From Elusimicrobiota bacterium (lineage in GTDB: Bacteria; Elusimicrobiota; Elusimicrobia; F11), in contig JBGAON010000002.1 of the NCBI GenBank assembly GCA_044221725.1, positions 576,001 through 640,000 on the forward strand: DNA of 64,000 nucleotides, in the 5' to 3' direction. Positions 40,260 through 53,100 of this stretch are shown here, piece by piece (position 1 is the first letter of the stretch; each line of letters opens with the position of its first letter). The notes beneath the pieces were generated by a model. The model was not told the DNA's origin, searched no databases, and worked only from the letters and a program-made list of their open reading frames with translations. Made by a program: the position numbers and the translations under genes.

Positions 40260-40300
40260 CTTTTACAAATTGTTTACGACTGCTTAATCGTTTCTTAAGC
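40260..40300 (+). promoter_or_regulatory. Four direct repeats with 11-bp period upstream of the 40333 gene (PhoP/OmpR-type box candidate)
   Basis: TTTAC-N6-TTTAC-N6-TTAA-N7-TTAA, same spacing as upstream of the 56625 paralog. Confidence 0.55.
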
Positions 40301-40332
40301 AAAAAAAACTTTAATTCCATTTTGGCCTATAC

Positions 40333-43300
40333 ATGAAAAAAATTATCGCCTTCACTATTTGCTTGACGCTTGTCGTGCCAGCGACGTTCGCCGGAAAATC
40401 CGACGCGCGCGCCGATTTCGCTTTGTCGCAACTCGCGCGTTGGGGCGATCTTACCCTTGTCGGCCCAATCTCTCGGTCCGGCCCGGTCGTTCTTTATATT
40501 AAAGACATCCATTTAAACGCGGACGTCCAATCGAATATTCAAAAGGCAATTGAGGTCTTAGGTCGGTCCGGGCGTATAGGAACGCTAGCCCTCGAAGGCG
40601 GTTTTGGCCCGATTGATTTGCGGGAGTTTCAAAACCATCCGAACCAATCGGCAGTAAAGCGCGCGGCCATGTGCTTTCTCAAACAGAAATATATTCAGGG
40701 CCCCATTGCCGCGGCACTAACCGCAGGACGCACAGGCTTTCAAATTCAGGGAATCGATGACCGAACCGCTTATTACGCGAACGTGGAAGCCTATCGGCAA
40801 GCAACAAAACAACTTCCGATTGCGCAAAAAGAATTGTGGCAATGGAAAAGAGAGTTGGATGCAAAAAGATCTGCACAAAAAACGGACGAGCAAGACGCGC
40901 TAGGCAACGAAGCTGATCAGTGGCGACTGACCAAGAAATTAATCGAATTCACACTCACCAAAGAAGAATGGCACAAGCTTCGCAAAGGTCGAGTTTCCTG
41001 CCGCGCGTTCGAACAGTTTTACGAAGAGGCCGAACGCCGCGACGAAAAGATGGCCGAAAACCTCCGTCCCTTTTTGACCCGCGGAAAAATGATCGTCCTC
41101 GTGACCGGGGGATTCCACGCGAGTGGAATCGAGCAGACGCTTAAAGAATTGAAATGCACGGTTATTCAATTTGTACCCAGGATGAAATCAACCGGCGCGC
41201 TCGCCGGCTCGGACTATCTGAACGTATTGAAGGAACCAAAAACACCACTTCAAAATTTGCTCTTCCGAAAATCACTGTTTTTACCGCCGGAAGTATGGCC
41301 CGAAGAAATGTCCATTGCCATGAAACTCGGCGTGCAGGCAATCGAAAACGCCGCGGGCGTCGCTTCAAGAACGGTGGGGAACGCCAATGTCACGGCCAAG
41401 GTGAGCGGCGATACCATTCGATTCTTCATTGAACGCGCGAAAGAAATTCGAAACACCGCGGAAAAAGTGAGCGGCATCGACGCCTACAGAAAAGTCTTAA
41501 CGCTTCTGATCGAGGTCGGCGCACTTCCCGGGAAAGGGAGCAACGATGCGGTCGTTTCTTTCTTGAACGGGGGGGACCTTTTGCTGGCCGAGCAAATGCC
41601 CGTATTGGCTATCGACAGACATGGCTTTAGCTTAAACGGATTGATTCAGGAATTTGAAGACGTTTCCGGATTCGATGAATCTTCGGTGCGAACGAATTTT
41701 AAAGATCCGGGTCCGATAAATTTCGAAGAAGCGGACCGAATTGTTCTTGCGATCACGAATTTAAAGAGCCAGGGACTCAATCCGAGATTTCTTTTGTTTA
41801 AAAACACCGAGGCTTTTTTTATGAAAAACCGGGAAGCGGACGGTCTTCCGGTCGGAAGCTCACAAAAAACGTATCAACAGACGCTCGAAGAAATATTCGA
41901 TCGCGCCGTGGCCGACGACGCGACCATCATCCTGCACGAGGACCTGATGCACGGTGGAAGTTCCATAACGCAAAGGGTGCTCGCTGAGCGCGGATTTATA
42001 AATGTAACCTCTTCGCTCATCCCCGACGAAGCGCAACGCTCCCTTTATGAGGAACTCGAACACGTTCCTTTTTTCAAATTGCCGACGTCATCACTGAACG
42101 TGCCATTAATGGGCCGAATTCGAATCTACCGCAAGAAAAAAATTCCACAAAACAATGCCCCTGTCGATAAAATATCTTCTCAGTCCGACAGTGATGATGA
42201 CGACAGTGGACATTATGTTCCGGAAGCATTAGCGAAATTGATGCGCACGTATTTGCCAAGCGAGTCTCGAAATCGAGCCGCCATGGCCATCTTGTACAGG
42301 TTCGACGAAATCAACAGTCCCGCCCGTCAAAAAACTTTTTTGGACGCTGTCGCCGTTGTTGACCAAGAAATCGCCGCCAAAATAGAACTCGCCTGCCAAT
42401 CGAAGGGACAAGCGGGCAAGGAACGCTCTCGCGACAACCAATTGCAACGATTAATGTCCGATGCGAAAGCAATTCTCACGAGTGATCGAGTCGGAACATT
42501 GCCGGTTTCGCTTCCAAATACCGTGAATGTATTAACCACGCATGGATTTATGAAACAGACGGAGATGAAGTCCAAAAATGTTACGGCTCCATCTCTCGGA
42601 AAACAGGAAAAGTATCGCCTTGCCGATATCGCCCGTGAAACCGGATTGGACAAATTGCCCGGATACAAGCAAATGCTATTGCGCCTGATTAGCTCGCGAA
42701 CTCTTCCCTACGATCGACGCACCGACTCCATATTCCTCGGTGATGCACTGAAAATTGGCAGACTGCTAAACGCATTGAATAAAGACGAATATACATTGGC
42801 CGAGGTGATCGCGCTCGCAGACGCAACAGTTGATGATACGACGGCGCGTCAGCTGTACGATTCACTTCTGGAAGAAAAGTTCAAAGCCCCAGACATCCTC
42901 GCGAAAAACAGAACTTTGCAAAAGACGGATGCGTTTGCTCTGGCCTTTCAGTTAACAGTGATTGAAAATTTTAAGGATCCAAAGCCTTATCGCGACGTGC
43001 TTCAAGCTATTGGCTGGCCCGAAACGGCATATTCGCTGCACACTTTCTTCAGGATTTTTCCATCGCATCGCCAAAACGGTGATATCGTTTGGGTCCGGCT
43101 CGGAAAAGCCGTGCGTGTGAACAAAGAGAGCGCAAAAGCACTTTTCGAAGAAACACTCGCGGAAGTCGCCAAAGAATCAAATCGGATCGGCCAGGAATTC
43201 GTGTTGCTTTCGCAAGCGTTCAAAGAAATAGGCAAAAAACTCACGTGGCACAATCTCAAGTTGAGATTGAAGAACAAAGGCCTCGCGAAAGATGTAAGGA

Positions 43301-43443
43301 TAATTGGATCTCTCCATTTTATTACGCGCCGAGCGGTGGAACGGCTGAGGCAATCCGGCACACGTTCCGACCTGAGTTCTCCGTTCGCGAAAAAAGTCCA
43401 ATCTGATAATCGGGCAAAAAAATCCGCCGAACAATCGGCGTAA
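40333..43443 (+). CDS. Large exported-type protein: conserved family N-terminal domain plus variable cargo (possible Rossmann-like domain and HTH-like repeats)
   Basis: Signal peptide; DIHLN, LEGGF, GIDD..ANVEAY, FEQFYEEAERRD..M, VTGGFH, KTPL shared with the two giant paralogs. Confidence 0.85.
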   Translation: MKKIIAFTICLTLVVPATFAGKSDARADFALSQLARWGDLTLVGPISRSGPVVLYIKDIHLNADVQSNIQKAIEVLGRSGRIGTLALEGGFGPIDLREFQNHPNQSAVKRAAMCFLKQKYIQGPIAAALTAGRTGFQIQGIDDRTAYYANVEAYRQATKQLPIAQKELWQWKRELDAKRSAQKTDEQDALGNEADQWRLTKKLIEFTLTKEEWHKLRKGRVSCRAFEQFYEEAERRDEKMAENLRPFLTRGKMIVLVTGGFHASGIEQTLKELKCTVIQFVPRMKSTGALAGSDYLNVLKEPKTPLQNLLFRKSLFLPPEVWPEEMSIAMKLGVQAIENAAGVASRTVGNANVTAKVSGDTIRFFIERAKEIRNTAEKVSGIDAYRKVLTLLIEVGALPGKGSNDAVVSFLNGGDLLLAEQMPVLAIDRHGFSLNGLIQEFEDVSGFDESSVRTNFKDPGPINFEEADRIVLAITNLKSQGLNPRFLLFKNTEAFFMKNREADGLPVGSSQKTYQQTLEEIFDRAVADDATIILHEDLMHGGSSITQRVLAERGFINVTSSLIPDEAQRSLYEELEHVPFFKLPTSSLNVPLMGRIRIYRKKKIPQNNAPVDKISSQSDSDDDDSGHYVPEALAKLMRTYLPSESRNRAAMAILYRFDEINSPARQKTFLDAVAVVDQEIAAKIELACQSKGQAGKERSRDNQLQRLMSDAKAILTSDRVGTLPVSLPNTVNVLTTHGFMKQTEMKSKNVTAPSLGKQEKYRLADIARETGLDKLPGYKQMLLRLISSRTLPYDRRTDSIFLGDALKIGRLLNALNKDEYTLAEVIALADATVDDTTARQLYDSLLEEKFKAPDILAKNRTLQKTDAFALAFQLTVIENFKDPKPYRDVLQAIGWPETAYSLHTFFRIFPSHRQNGDIVWVRLGKAVRVNKESAKALFEETLAEVAKESNRIGQEFVLLSQAFKEIGKKLTWHNLKLRLKNKGLAKDVRIIGSLHFITRRAVERLRQSGTRSDLSSPFAKKVQSDNRAKKSAEQSA

Positions 43444-43532
43444 CACCTAAAACCAAGTCCGTTTGACGGCTTTGGTTGCGTTTGCTACAGTTCCGCAACG
43501 CTCGCTTCGGTGAGCTCGCCCTGACAAACCCC

Positions 43533-45433
<1,901 letters not shown>

Positions 45434-45444
45434 CGTGTCGTGAA

Positions 45445-45517
45445 CGTCATCCTGGCATGTCGTTCACCAGGATCCAATTTAAAAATGGGCTTTGGATAGA
45501 GACATTCCAGGGCGACG
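45445..45517. repeat. Palindromic element between purA and carA
   Basis: CGTCATCCTGGCATGTC...GACATTCCAGGGCGACG. Confidence 0.85.
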
Positions 45518-45527
45518 GCCTCCATTT

Positions 45528-46712
45528 ATGAAAAACAGAACAAAAGGTTATTTAGCGCTCGCCACCGGAAAAATTTTTCAGGGCTGGTGTTTCGGAGCAG
45601 AACCATCGGAAAAATCGGGAGGCGAGGTGGTCTTCAACACCTCTCTGAGCGGTTATCAAGAAATTCTCACGGACCCATCCTATCAAGGACAAATCGTCGC
45701 GATGACGCCCTCGCACATTGGAAACTACGGCGTAAATCCAGACGACGTGGAGTCCGGAAAAATTTATCTCTCGGGCTTTATCGTTCAAGAGGAGAGCAAT
45801 CTTTATTCGAATTGGCGCGCGACGGGCAGCTTGAATGATTATCTCGCATCCGCCGGCGTAGCGGGACTCACCGGCGTCGACACGCGCGCACTGACACGCT
45901 ACCTCCGCACGCAGGGTGCTGTAAGCGGAATCATCTCGAACAACGGCCGCGACCCAAAAGCGTTGATCAAACAGGCGAAAGCGGTGCCGTCACTCGAAGG
46001 ACTGAATTTGGCGTCAATGGTATCCACGGCGGAAAAATACAACTGGAACAAAGGCAGCGAAGCGAATGCTGTTCGACCAAACAAGAAAGTTGTCGTGATG
46101 GATTTTGGTGTGAAACAGAATATTTTGCGTTGCCTTGTGGATCGCGGTTGCGAAGTGACGGTGGTTCCGTCCACAACCTCAGCCGATGAAATTCTCAATG
46201 AAAATCCGGATGGGGTTTTGTTCTCCAACGGGCCCGGCGATCCGGCCGTCGTGAAAGATGGCATCAAGACAATTGAAAATCTTATCAAGCACAGTACCGA
46301 CCAGAAAGAAAAAGGGGAAAAGCCAGTCGCGCTCTTCGGAATCTGCCTGGGACACCAATTGATGGGATTGGCTCTCGGTGGGAACACCTATAAATTGAAG
46401 TTTGGACATCACGGTGCGAACCATCCGATTAAGGATTTGGAAACCGGACGCGTCGACATTACGGCTCAGAACCATGGTTTCTGCGTGGAAGGTCAAAAAA
46501 CGGCGAAAGGCGAGTGGATTGTAAAAGGAAACAAGGATGCGCTTGTTACGCACATCAATTTGAACGACAACGCAATCGAAGGCCTTCGCCACCGCACGCT
46601 TCCGCTGTTTTCGGTTCAATATCACCCGGAAGCCTCTTCGGGGCCGCACGATGCCAACCATTTGTTCGATCGATTCTTAAACTCAATGGAGAAGGGTCGT
46701 CACGCTGGCTAA
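45528..46712 (+). CDS. carA: Carbamoyl-phosphate synthase small subunit
   Basis: GEVVFNT, TDPSY, SNGPGDP, GICLGHQ, QYHPEAS.GPHD. Confidence 0.97.
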   Translation: MKNRTKGYLALATGKIFQGWCFGAEPSEKSGGEVVFNTSLSGYQEILTDPSYQGQIVAMTPSHIGNYGVNPDDVESGKIYLSGFIVQEESNLYSNWRATGSLNDYLASAGVAGLTGVDTRALTRYLRTQGAVSGIISNNGRDPKALIKQAKAVPSLEGLNLASMVSTAEKYNWNKGSEANAVRPNKKVVVMDFGVKQNILRCLVDRGCEVTVVPSTTSADEILNENPDGVLFSNGPGDPAVVKDGIKTIENLIKHSTDQKEKGEKPVALFGICLGHQLMGLALGGNTYKLKFGHHGANHPIKDLETGRVDITAQNHGFCVEGQKTAKGEWIVKGNKDALVTHINLNDNAIEGLRHRTLPLFSVQYHPEASSGPHDANHLFDRFLNSMEKGRHAG

Positions 46713-46729
46713 AACGTGCCAGGATGACG
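46698..46729. repeat. Truncated palindromic element containing the carA stop
   Basis: CGTCACGCTGGC-TAAAACGT-GCCAGGATGACG. Confidence 0.65.
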
Positions 46730-46737
46730 AATAAAAT

Positions 46738-49700
46738 ATGCCAAAAAGAACTGATATAAATAAAATTCTCATCATCGGCTCCGGACCCATAATTATCGGT
46801 CAAGCCTGCGAGTTCGATTACTCCGGAACGCAAGCGGTGAAAGCGCTGAGAAAAGAGGGATACAAAGTTGTCCTTATTAATTCGAATCCCGCCACGATAA
46901 TGACGGACCCGGAATTGGCCGACGCCACCTACGTGGAACCGCTCACGGCCAAAGTTCTTGAAGCCATCATTGAAAAGGAACGTCCGGATGCGCTGCTTCC
47001 AACGCTTGGCGGACAAACCGCATTGAATCTCGCGGTGGCTGTCGCGAAAAACGGTGTGCTTGAAAAATACGGCGTCGAAATGATCGGCGCGAACTTGGAA
47101 GCAATTGAGAAAGCGGAAGACCGCCGTTTGTTCAAAGCGGCCATGGAAGAGATTGGGCTCGATCTACCGCGCAGCGGTTTCGCAAAAACACTCACCGAAG
47201 CAGAAGAAATCGCGCAGCAAGTTGGCTTTCCTCTCATTATTAGGCCTTCCTTTACGTTGGGGGGAACCGGCTCAGGCCTTGTCTACACACGCGAAGAATT
47301 TTTGAAAGCCGCCGCAAAGGGATTGGATTTAAGTCCGATTTCTGAAGTTCTCATTGAAGAGTCTCTCGAGGGATGGAAAGAATACGAACTCGAGGTGATG
47401 CGCGACAAATCCGACCAGTGCATCGTTATATGTTCGATTGAAAACGTTGATCCACTCGGCGTGCACACCGGTGATTCGATTACCGTTGCTCCGGCCATGA
47501 CGCTCACGGACAAGGAATATCAAAAAATGCGCGACCAGGCGTTCGCGTGTATCCGCAAAATTGGCGTGGAAACCGGTGGATCGAACATTCAATTTGGTCT
47601 TAATCCAAAAACGGGTCGCATCATTGTGATCGAAATGAATCCACGTGTGTCGCGATCCAGCGCGCTCGCTTCCAAAGCGACCGGCTTCCCGATCGCAAAA
47701 CTCGCGGCTCTGCTGGCGGTCGGTTACCGTCTGGACGAGATTTCAAACGATATCACGAAGAAAACGCCCGCGTGCTTCGAACCAACGATCGATTACACGG
47801 TCGTTAAAATTCCTCGTTTCGCGTTCGAGAAATTCTCGGACAGCAATCAACAGCTCGGTACGCAAATGAAATCGGTCGGCGAAGTAATGGCCCTCGGCCG
47901 AAATTTTAAAGAAGCGCTGCAAAAGGCCTTCCGCGGCCTCGAAATCGGTCGCGCTGGCCTTGGTTCCGACGGAAAATCGTTCAACCCGGCCGTGGATCAA
48001 GCCCTTGAGGCAAAAAAGGAAATGACGCCCGAGGCGTGGAGCCAAAAATACGAAGCCGTGGTTCAGTTGTTGCGCGACAAAATCCGGATTCCGAATTCGG
48101 ATCGACTGTTCGCACTGAAGGCGGGCCTTAAGCTCGGCCTCACACGCGATGACATTTTCAATCTTTCGAAAATTGATCCGTGGTTTATTGCGCAAATCGA
48201 AGAGTTGGTTCACTTCGAAGAATATTTGGTGGAGTCCCTCGCCAGCAAACATGAGGGATCAAAAAGCATTCAAGGCGACGTGTTACGCGAAGCAAAAAAA
48301 CTTGGATACTCCGACATTCAACTGGGTTACTTGTTGGGTCAAACGGAAAAACAAATCCGAGCGATCCGAAAGAAATTGAAAATCGAACCCGTTTACAATT
48401 TGGTGGACACCTGCGCAGCGGAATTTGAAGCGCACACTCCTTATTATTACTCGACGTACGGCGAAGAGAACGAGACAAAGCCGTCCAAGAAAAACAAGGT
48501 AATGATTTTGGGGGGAGGTCCCAACCGCATCGGCCAGGGAATTGAATTTGACTACTGTTGCGTGCACGCGGTTCTCGCGTTGCAAGAAGAAGGCTATGAG
48601 ACGATCATGGTGAACTGCAACCCTGAAACCGTCTCAACGGACTATGATACGGCCGACCATTTGTATTTTGAACCGCTGACGCTCGAAGACGTGTTGAATA
48701 TTGTTGAGCGCGAGAAACCGAAAGGACTGATTGTCCAATTCGGCGGGCAGACCCCACTCAATTTGGCGTTACCGTTGGAGGCGGCCGGTGTAAAAATTTT
48801 GGGTACGTCCCCGGACTCTATTGATCTCGCGGAAGACCGCGAGCGATTTGGTCGCTTGCTCAACAAATTGCAGATTCCGCAGCCGGCGCATGGAATGGCG
48901 CACAGTTTCACCGAAGCGAAAGAAGTTGCCACGCGTATCGGATACCCGGTCATGATTCGCCCGTCCTATGTTCTCGGCGGTCGCGCAATGGAAGTTGTGT
49001 ACGACGACGCAATGCTCGAATCGTATATCCTGCGCGCAACATCGCTTTCTTCCACACATCCCGTTTTGATTGATCGCTTTCTTGATAACGCGCTCGAAGT
49101 GGATGTGGACGCTTTGTCTGATGGAACGGATACCTACATCGGTGGCATCATGGAGCACATTGAAGCGGCCGGAATTCACTCGGGCGACTCCGCCTGCATG
49201 ATTCCGCCACGCAAATTGAACAAGGAATCGCTCGACACCATTGTGAGCTACACAAAAACGTTGGCGAAGGCGCTTAAGGTAAAAGGCCTCATGAACATGC
49301 AGCTCGCTTTGAAAGACAACGTGGTGTACGTGCTCGAGGTAAATCCGCGTGCGAGCCGCACCGTGCCGTTTGTTTCAAAAGCGACAAACGTTCCGCTCGC
49401 CAAGCTCGCGGCAAAGCTCATGATGGGAAAAAAACTTTCTCAAGTTTTACCGAAGCACGTGCTCGGAAAAGATTTTGTAACGCCATGGACCTCGGTAAAG
49501 GAAGCCGTGCTTCCGTGGACACGATTTCCCGGCGTGGACGCGGTGCTGGGTCCGGAAATGCGCTCCACCGGCGAAGTAATGGGAATTGCTGACAATTTTT
49601 CTGCAGCTTATGCGAAGTCACAGGCCGCCGCCAACTCGCCGCTTCCAACGAAGGGAAAAGTGTTGATCAGCCTCAAGCGCAATAACCGCGAACGCGTCAT

Positions 49701-50097
49701 TGATATCGCGCGCAAACTTCACCAATTGGGATTGGGAATTCTTGCCACCGAGGGAACCGCGCTCACGTTCCAAGGAGCCGGCATCCCGGTCGAAATCGTG
49801 AAAAAAATTGAAGAAGGTCGACCAAACGTGGTCGATATCATCACCAACAAAGAAGTGGCCTTCGTGATCAACACTCCGTCGGGCGCGAGCTCTCGCAAAG
49901 ATGGTTTTGCGATCCGTAATGCCGCGCTGGGTGCGGGCGTACCGATCATCACCACGGTGGCCGCGGCCGCCGCGGCCACCGAAGCCATTGAATCCATGCA
50001 GAAGGAAGATTGGACCATCCGCTCGTTGCAGGATTATTACGCTTCGCTCAAAACGAAAGCCAGCAACACACCAAGTAAAACAAAAGTTCGCGCGTAA
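46738..50097 (+). CDS. carB: Carbamoyl-phosphate synthase large subunit
   Basis: [17 protein letters not shown], two ATP-grasp halves, MGS domain. Confidence 0.98.
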   Translation: MPKRTDINKILIIGSGPIIIGQACEFDYSGTQAVKALRKEGYKVVLINSNPATIMTDPELADATYVEPLTAKVLEAIIEKERPDALLPTLGGQTALNLAVAVAKNGVLEKYGVEMIGANLEAIEKAEDRRLFKAAMEEIGLDLPRSGFAKTLTEAEEIAQQVGFPLIIRPSFTLGGTGSGLVYTREEFLKAAAKGLDLSPISEVLIEESLEGWKEYELEVMRDKSDQCIVICSIENVDPLGVHTGDSITVAPAMTLTDKEYQKMRDQAFACIRKIGVETGGSNIQFGLNPKTGRIIVIEMNPRVSRSSALASKATGFPIAKLAALLAVGYRLDEISNDITKKTPACFEPTIDYTVVKIPRFAFEKFSDSNQQLGTQMKSVGEVMALGRNFKEALQKAFRGLEIGRAGLGSDGKSFNPAVDQALEAKKEMTPEAWSQKYEAVVQLLRDKIRIPNSDRLFALKAGLKLGLTRDDIFNLSKIDPWFIAQIEELVHFEEYLVESLASKHEGSKSIQGDVLREAKKLGYSDIQLGYLLGQTEKQIRAIRKKLKIEPVYNLVDTCAAEFEAHTPYYYSTYGEENETKPSKKNKVMILGGGPNRIGQGIEFDYCCVHAVLALQEEGYETIMVNCNPETVSTDYDTADHLYFEPLTLEDVLNIVEREKPKGLIVQFGGQTPLNLALPLEAAGVKILGTSPDSIDLAEDRERFGRLLNKLQIPQPAHGMAHSFTEAKEVATRIGYPVMIRPSYVLGGRAMEVVYDDAMLESYILRATSLSSTHPVLIDRFLDNALEVDVDALSDGTDTYIGGIMEHIEAAGIHSGDSACMIPPRKLNKESLDTIVSYTKTLAKALKVKGLMNMQLALKDNVVYVLEVNPRASRTVPFVSKATNVPLAKLAAKLMMGKKLSQVLPKHVLGKDFVTPWTSVKEAVLPWTRFPGVDAVLGPEMRSTGEVMGIADNFSAAYAKSQAAANSPLPTKGKVLISLKRNNRERVIDIARKLHQLGLGILATEGTALTFQGAGIPVEIVKKIEEGRPNVVDIITNKEVAFVINTPSGASSRKDGFAIRNAALGAGVPIITTVAAAAAATEAIESMQKEDWTIRSLQDYYASLKTKASNTPSKTKVRA

Positions 50098-50106
50098 GCT
50101 GGGTTC

Positions 50107-53100
50107 TTACACCTGTCGCAAGCGGACGCGTATTCGCTCAAACGTCGCCGGATCTTTAAGTTGTTTTGCGGTCGCTGCAATCGATTCCAAAGCACCTATG
50201 ATCATCACCACGATATTTTCGTCGTGATCGTCATCGCCAAATTCAACCGAAACTTCCTCTGAGGTCACAATGCGATGAAGATGGGACGATGGATTCCATC
50301 CGCGAATCGTCCGCATCACGGCACACAGCTCCGCAAAGGGCACGATCGAGTTCGCGAGCAACCCTTTCCGATTGTTCGCTCGAATAAACACACCGGCGTG
50401 ATTCCGGAACGTGCTGAGGGTATTCAATTCCTGCGCCGTCCGGCCATCTTCCGTGATCACGTAGATGTATATGGGACGTTCCACGGAAGCCGATGCAACC
50501 ATCGCTTGAATCGTGTGCAACATTTGGCGTTTGCGGTTTTCTTTAAGTAGCACGACCACGTTCGTGGGCGTGCCATGCACAAACGGAACCACATTCCCAT
50601 CGATGTCTTGAATATCTCTTCGGTGAGAAGCTTCGGTGAGATCCAGCGCCGGATTTTCGTCGACCGCATGCATGGTCGTCGCAGCGGCGAACCTTTCCGA
50701 GTTTGTTTTTTTCGACCGTTGAGGCGGCCGAACGGGAACCATGTTTCCTTTTTCATCCAGTTCGGTGACGTCACCAAACGCAAAGCTCAGATTTATTTGT
50801 AGTTCGTTTGAAAGATGCGAAAAATCTGGAAGCGGCTGATTGTTTGTTCGGTACCTACCATTTTCAACACTGAAGTAGTTCGGCAAGCCAAGAAGAAACA
50901 TGGCAATTCCAAGACGCTCGAACGGCGTGACGAGTTGAAACTGCGTCGCCAGATCTTCAACCGAATAGGTCCGCCCATTGTTCATCAATTCCACAAGTAT
51001 TTCCATTTGCGCGCGATGATCGCGGAGCAATTCCGAAATTGCCTTTTTTGCCACAAATTCCATGGCGTTCGAGCTGCGGGGAAATCGAAAATCGGGCCCC
51101 ATATCCAATTGATCCACTATCGATTGAAGAGAGATGCGATGGCGGTTTGTGTCATGCGCGTACTGCACATCGGCCACACCGGAACGACCAAATCGTCGTT
51201 GGATGGCGCCCACCGCGAACGGATTATTTATGCGCGTAAACACAATGCTTCGCTCGGAAATATGGTGAACCGGCGGATGCGATAAAACAAGCGTCAGTTG
51301 CTGCTCGCCCCAGAGCCGCAACCATCGACGGATGGCCGTGAAAAATTCGACTCTTGGAACGGGAATCGATTCTCCAACCACCGGAACAATTGGCTCGTAC
51401 GAACGGAGGCGAGGATCCGTGGCCAAAGCGACGCTCCGACTTAGTTCGCCGTGAACAACGGCAACCTTCCGGGGATTCACGGACCGCACGTATTGCACCA
51501 ACTCCTCGCCGCTCGCATGGCCGCTTAACTGGAATGAAAAAATATCCGACCGCAAACGAATTGAGGTTCCGTTTTTGATGAGAATATCATCGCCCTTCTG
51601 TGCGCTTAAGATTCGTGAACCCAGTCCGCTTTCCGGCTGATAGTTCACGAAGCCCAGAACATTATGTGAATGCGCCAGCGTGCGCGGCAAGTAATCCATG
51701 ATCGCTGAACGCGACTGCAACATCCCGGACGTCGCCAACAATATAATCGGTCGTCCGTCGTTTCTTTCCAACCGTTGAAGAACTTTGTTTCGGCCGATTC
51801 CCGTTCGTTTCGACTTCAAATCAAACACGCGGTCGGACTCTTTAATATCAAGTTGATAGAGCTCGTTGAGACTTCCTATCGATCCATCGATGTAAATATC
51901 AACGTCGGCCGGAAGGACGCGCTTTTTCCTCGCGGCAAGAAGTTCAAGCAACAGTTCTTGAGAGCGTCCCAATCCGAGCACGGGGAAAACGACATTCTTG
52001 TTGGCCCGCACGGCCCCCGCCGTGGTATCGATCAGTCGACCAACTTCGTGCGCGCGGCTGCGGTAATCGGTACCGCCGTAGGTGCTTTCGACTATCAACA
52101 GATCCGGAGATTCGTGCGGAAATTCCGCGCCTTCGACGGTCGCTTGATTCTGCAAAAACAAATCGCCGGAAACCGTCACGACACCGGTGATGCTTCCCAG
52201 TTCAACCGTGGCCGCACCGCGAAGATGACCGGCCCGGTGAAATAAAAGCCACGCTTTTTTTCCAAGTTTTCTTTTTTGACCAAACTCGAGTGGGGTGAGG
52301 TAGTGCAGCGTATCCGTAATATCGGTTCCGGTGACGCCATAAGGCCGCAACGATTGATTTTGCATGCGCAAGTTGGGATGCATCAATTGGATCGTCTCGG
52401 GCGTTGCGTAAATCGGAACATGACGCCCTTTTTCGCGGAGCAACTTGTGCAGCAACGGCAAACTGCCGATGTGATCCAAATGAGCGTGCGTAATAATTAT
52501 GAAGTCGATATCGTCGGGAATCATTGAAAAGTCGGGGACGGGACTTTCACTTCCGACGGCGAATCCAACGTCCACCACGCCTTTTACTCCTCCAATCGAA
52601 ACAAGATGACAACTGGCTCCGACGGAGCGGGTCCCACTCACGGTCGTCACCAGCGGCGCATCGGGCACCCAGCTTCGCATCCACGGAGAGAGCGGAATTC
52701 TTAGCGACACGGAAGCGAGCACAACCATGGTCACGAGAAGATCATTAATCCGTGCCGCAAATCGGAACGTGTTGACGCGCTTCGAATGCAACCACGGCAC
52801 CACGGCTTCGGTATTTTCCTGAAGCCATGGCAAAACGAAACTAAAGAAGCCGAGACTCCTGTTCACTTGAACATGTTCTTTAAGGATTTCCAGAACGATT
52901 GGAATTTGGAGTGTGGCGTGAATGGCGACAACGAAACAAAAAGCAACATCCGTATTCACAAGGAGCGATAGAGAAGAATAGACGACGTTCAGAAGGGAGC
53001 CAACGAGAAGAGAACGTAGAAGAACGCGCGCCACGGAACTATCTGTTGCGACCTTTTTTCGATAAAGCGCCTTCGCAATCCAGAAAGAGAGCGCATGCGA

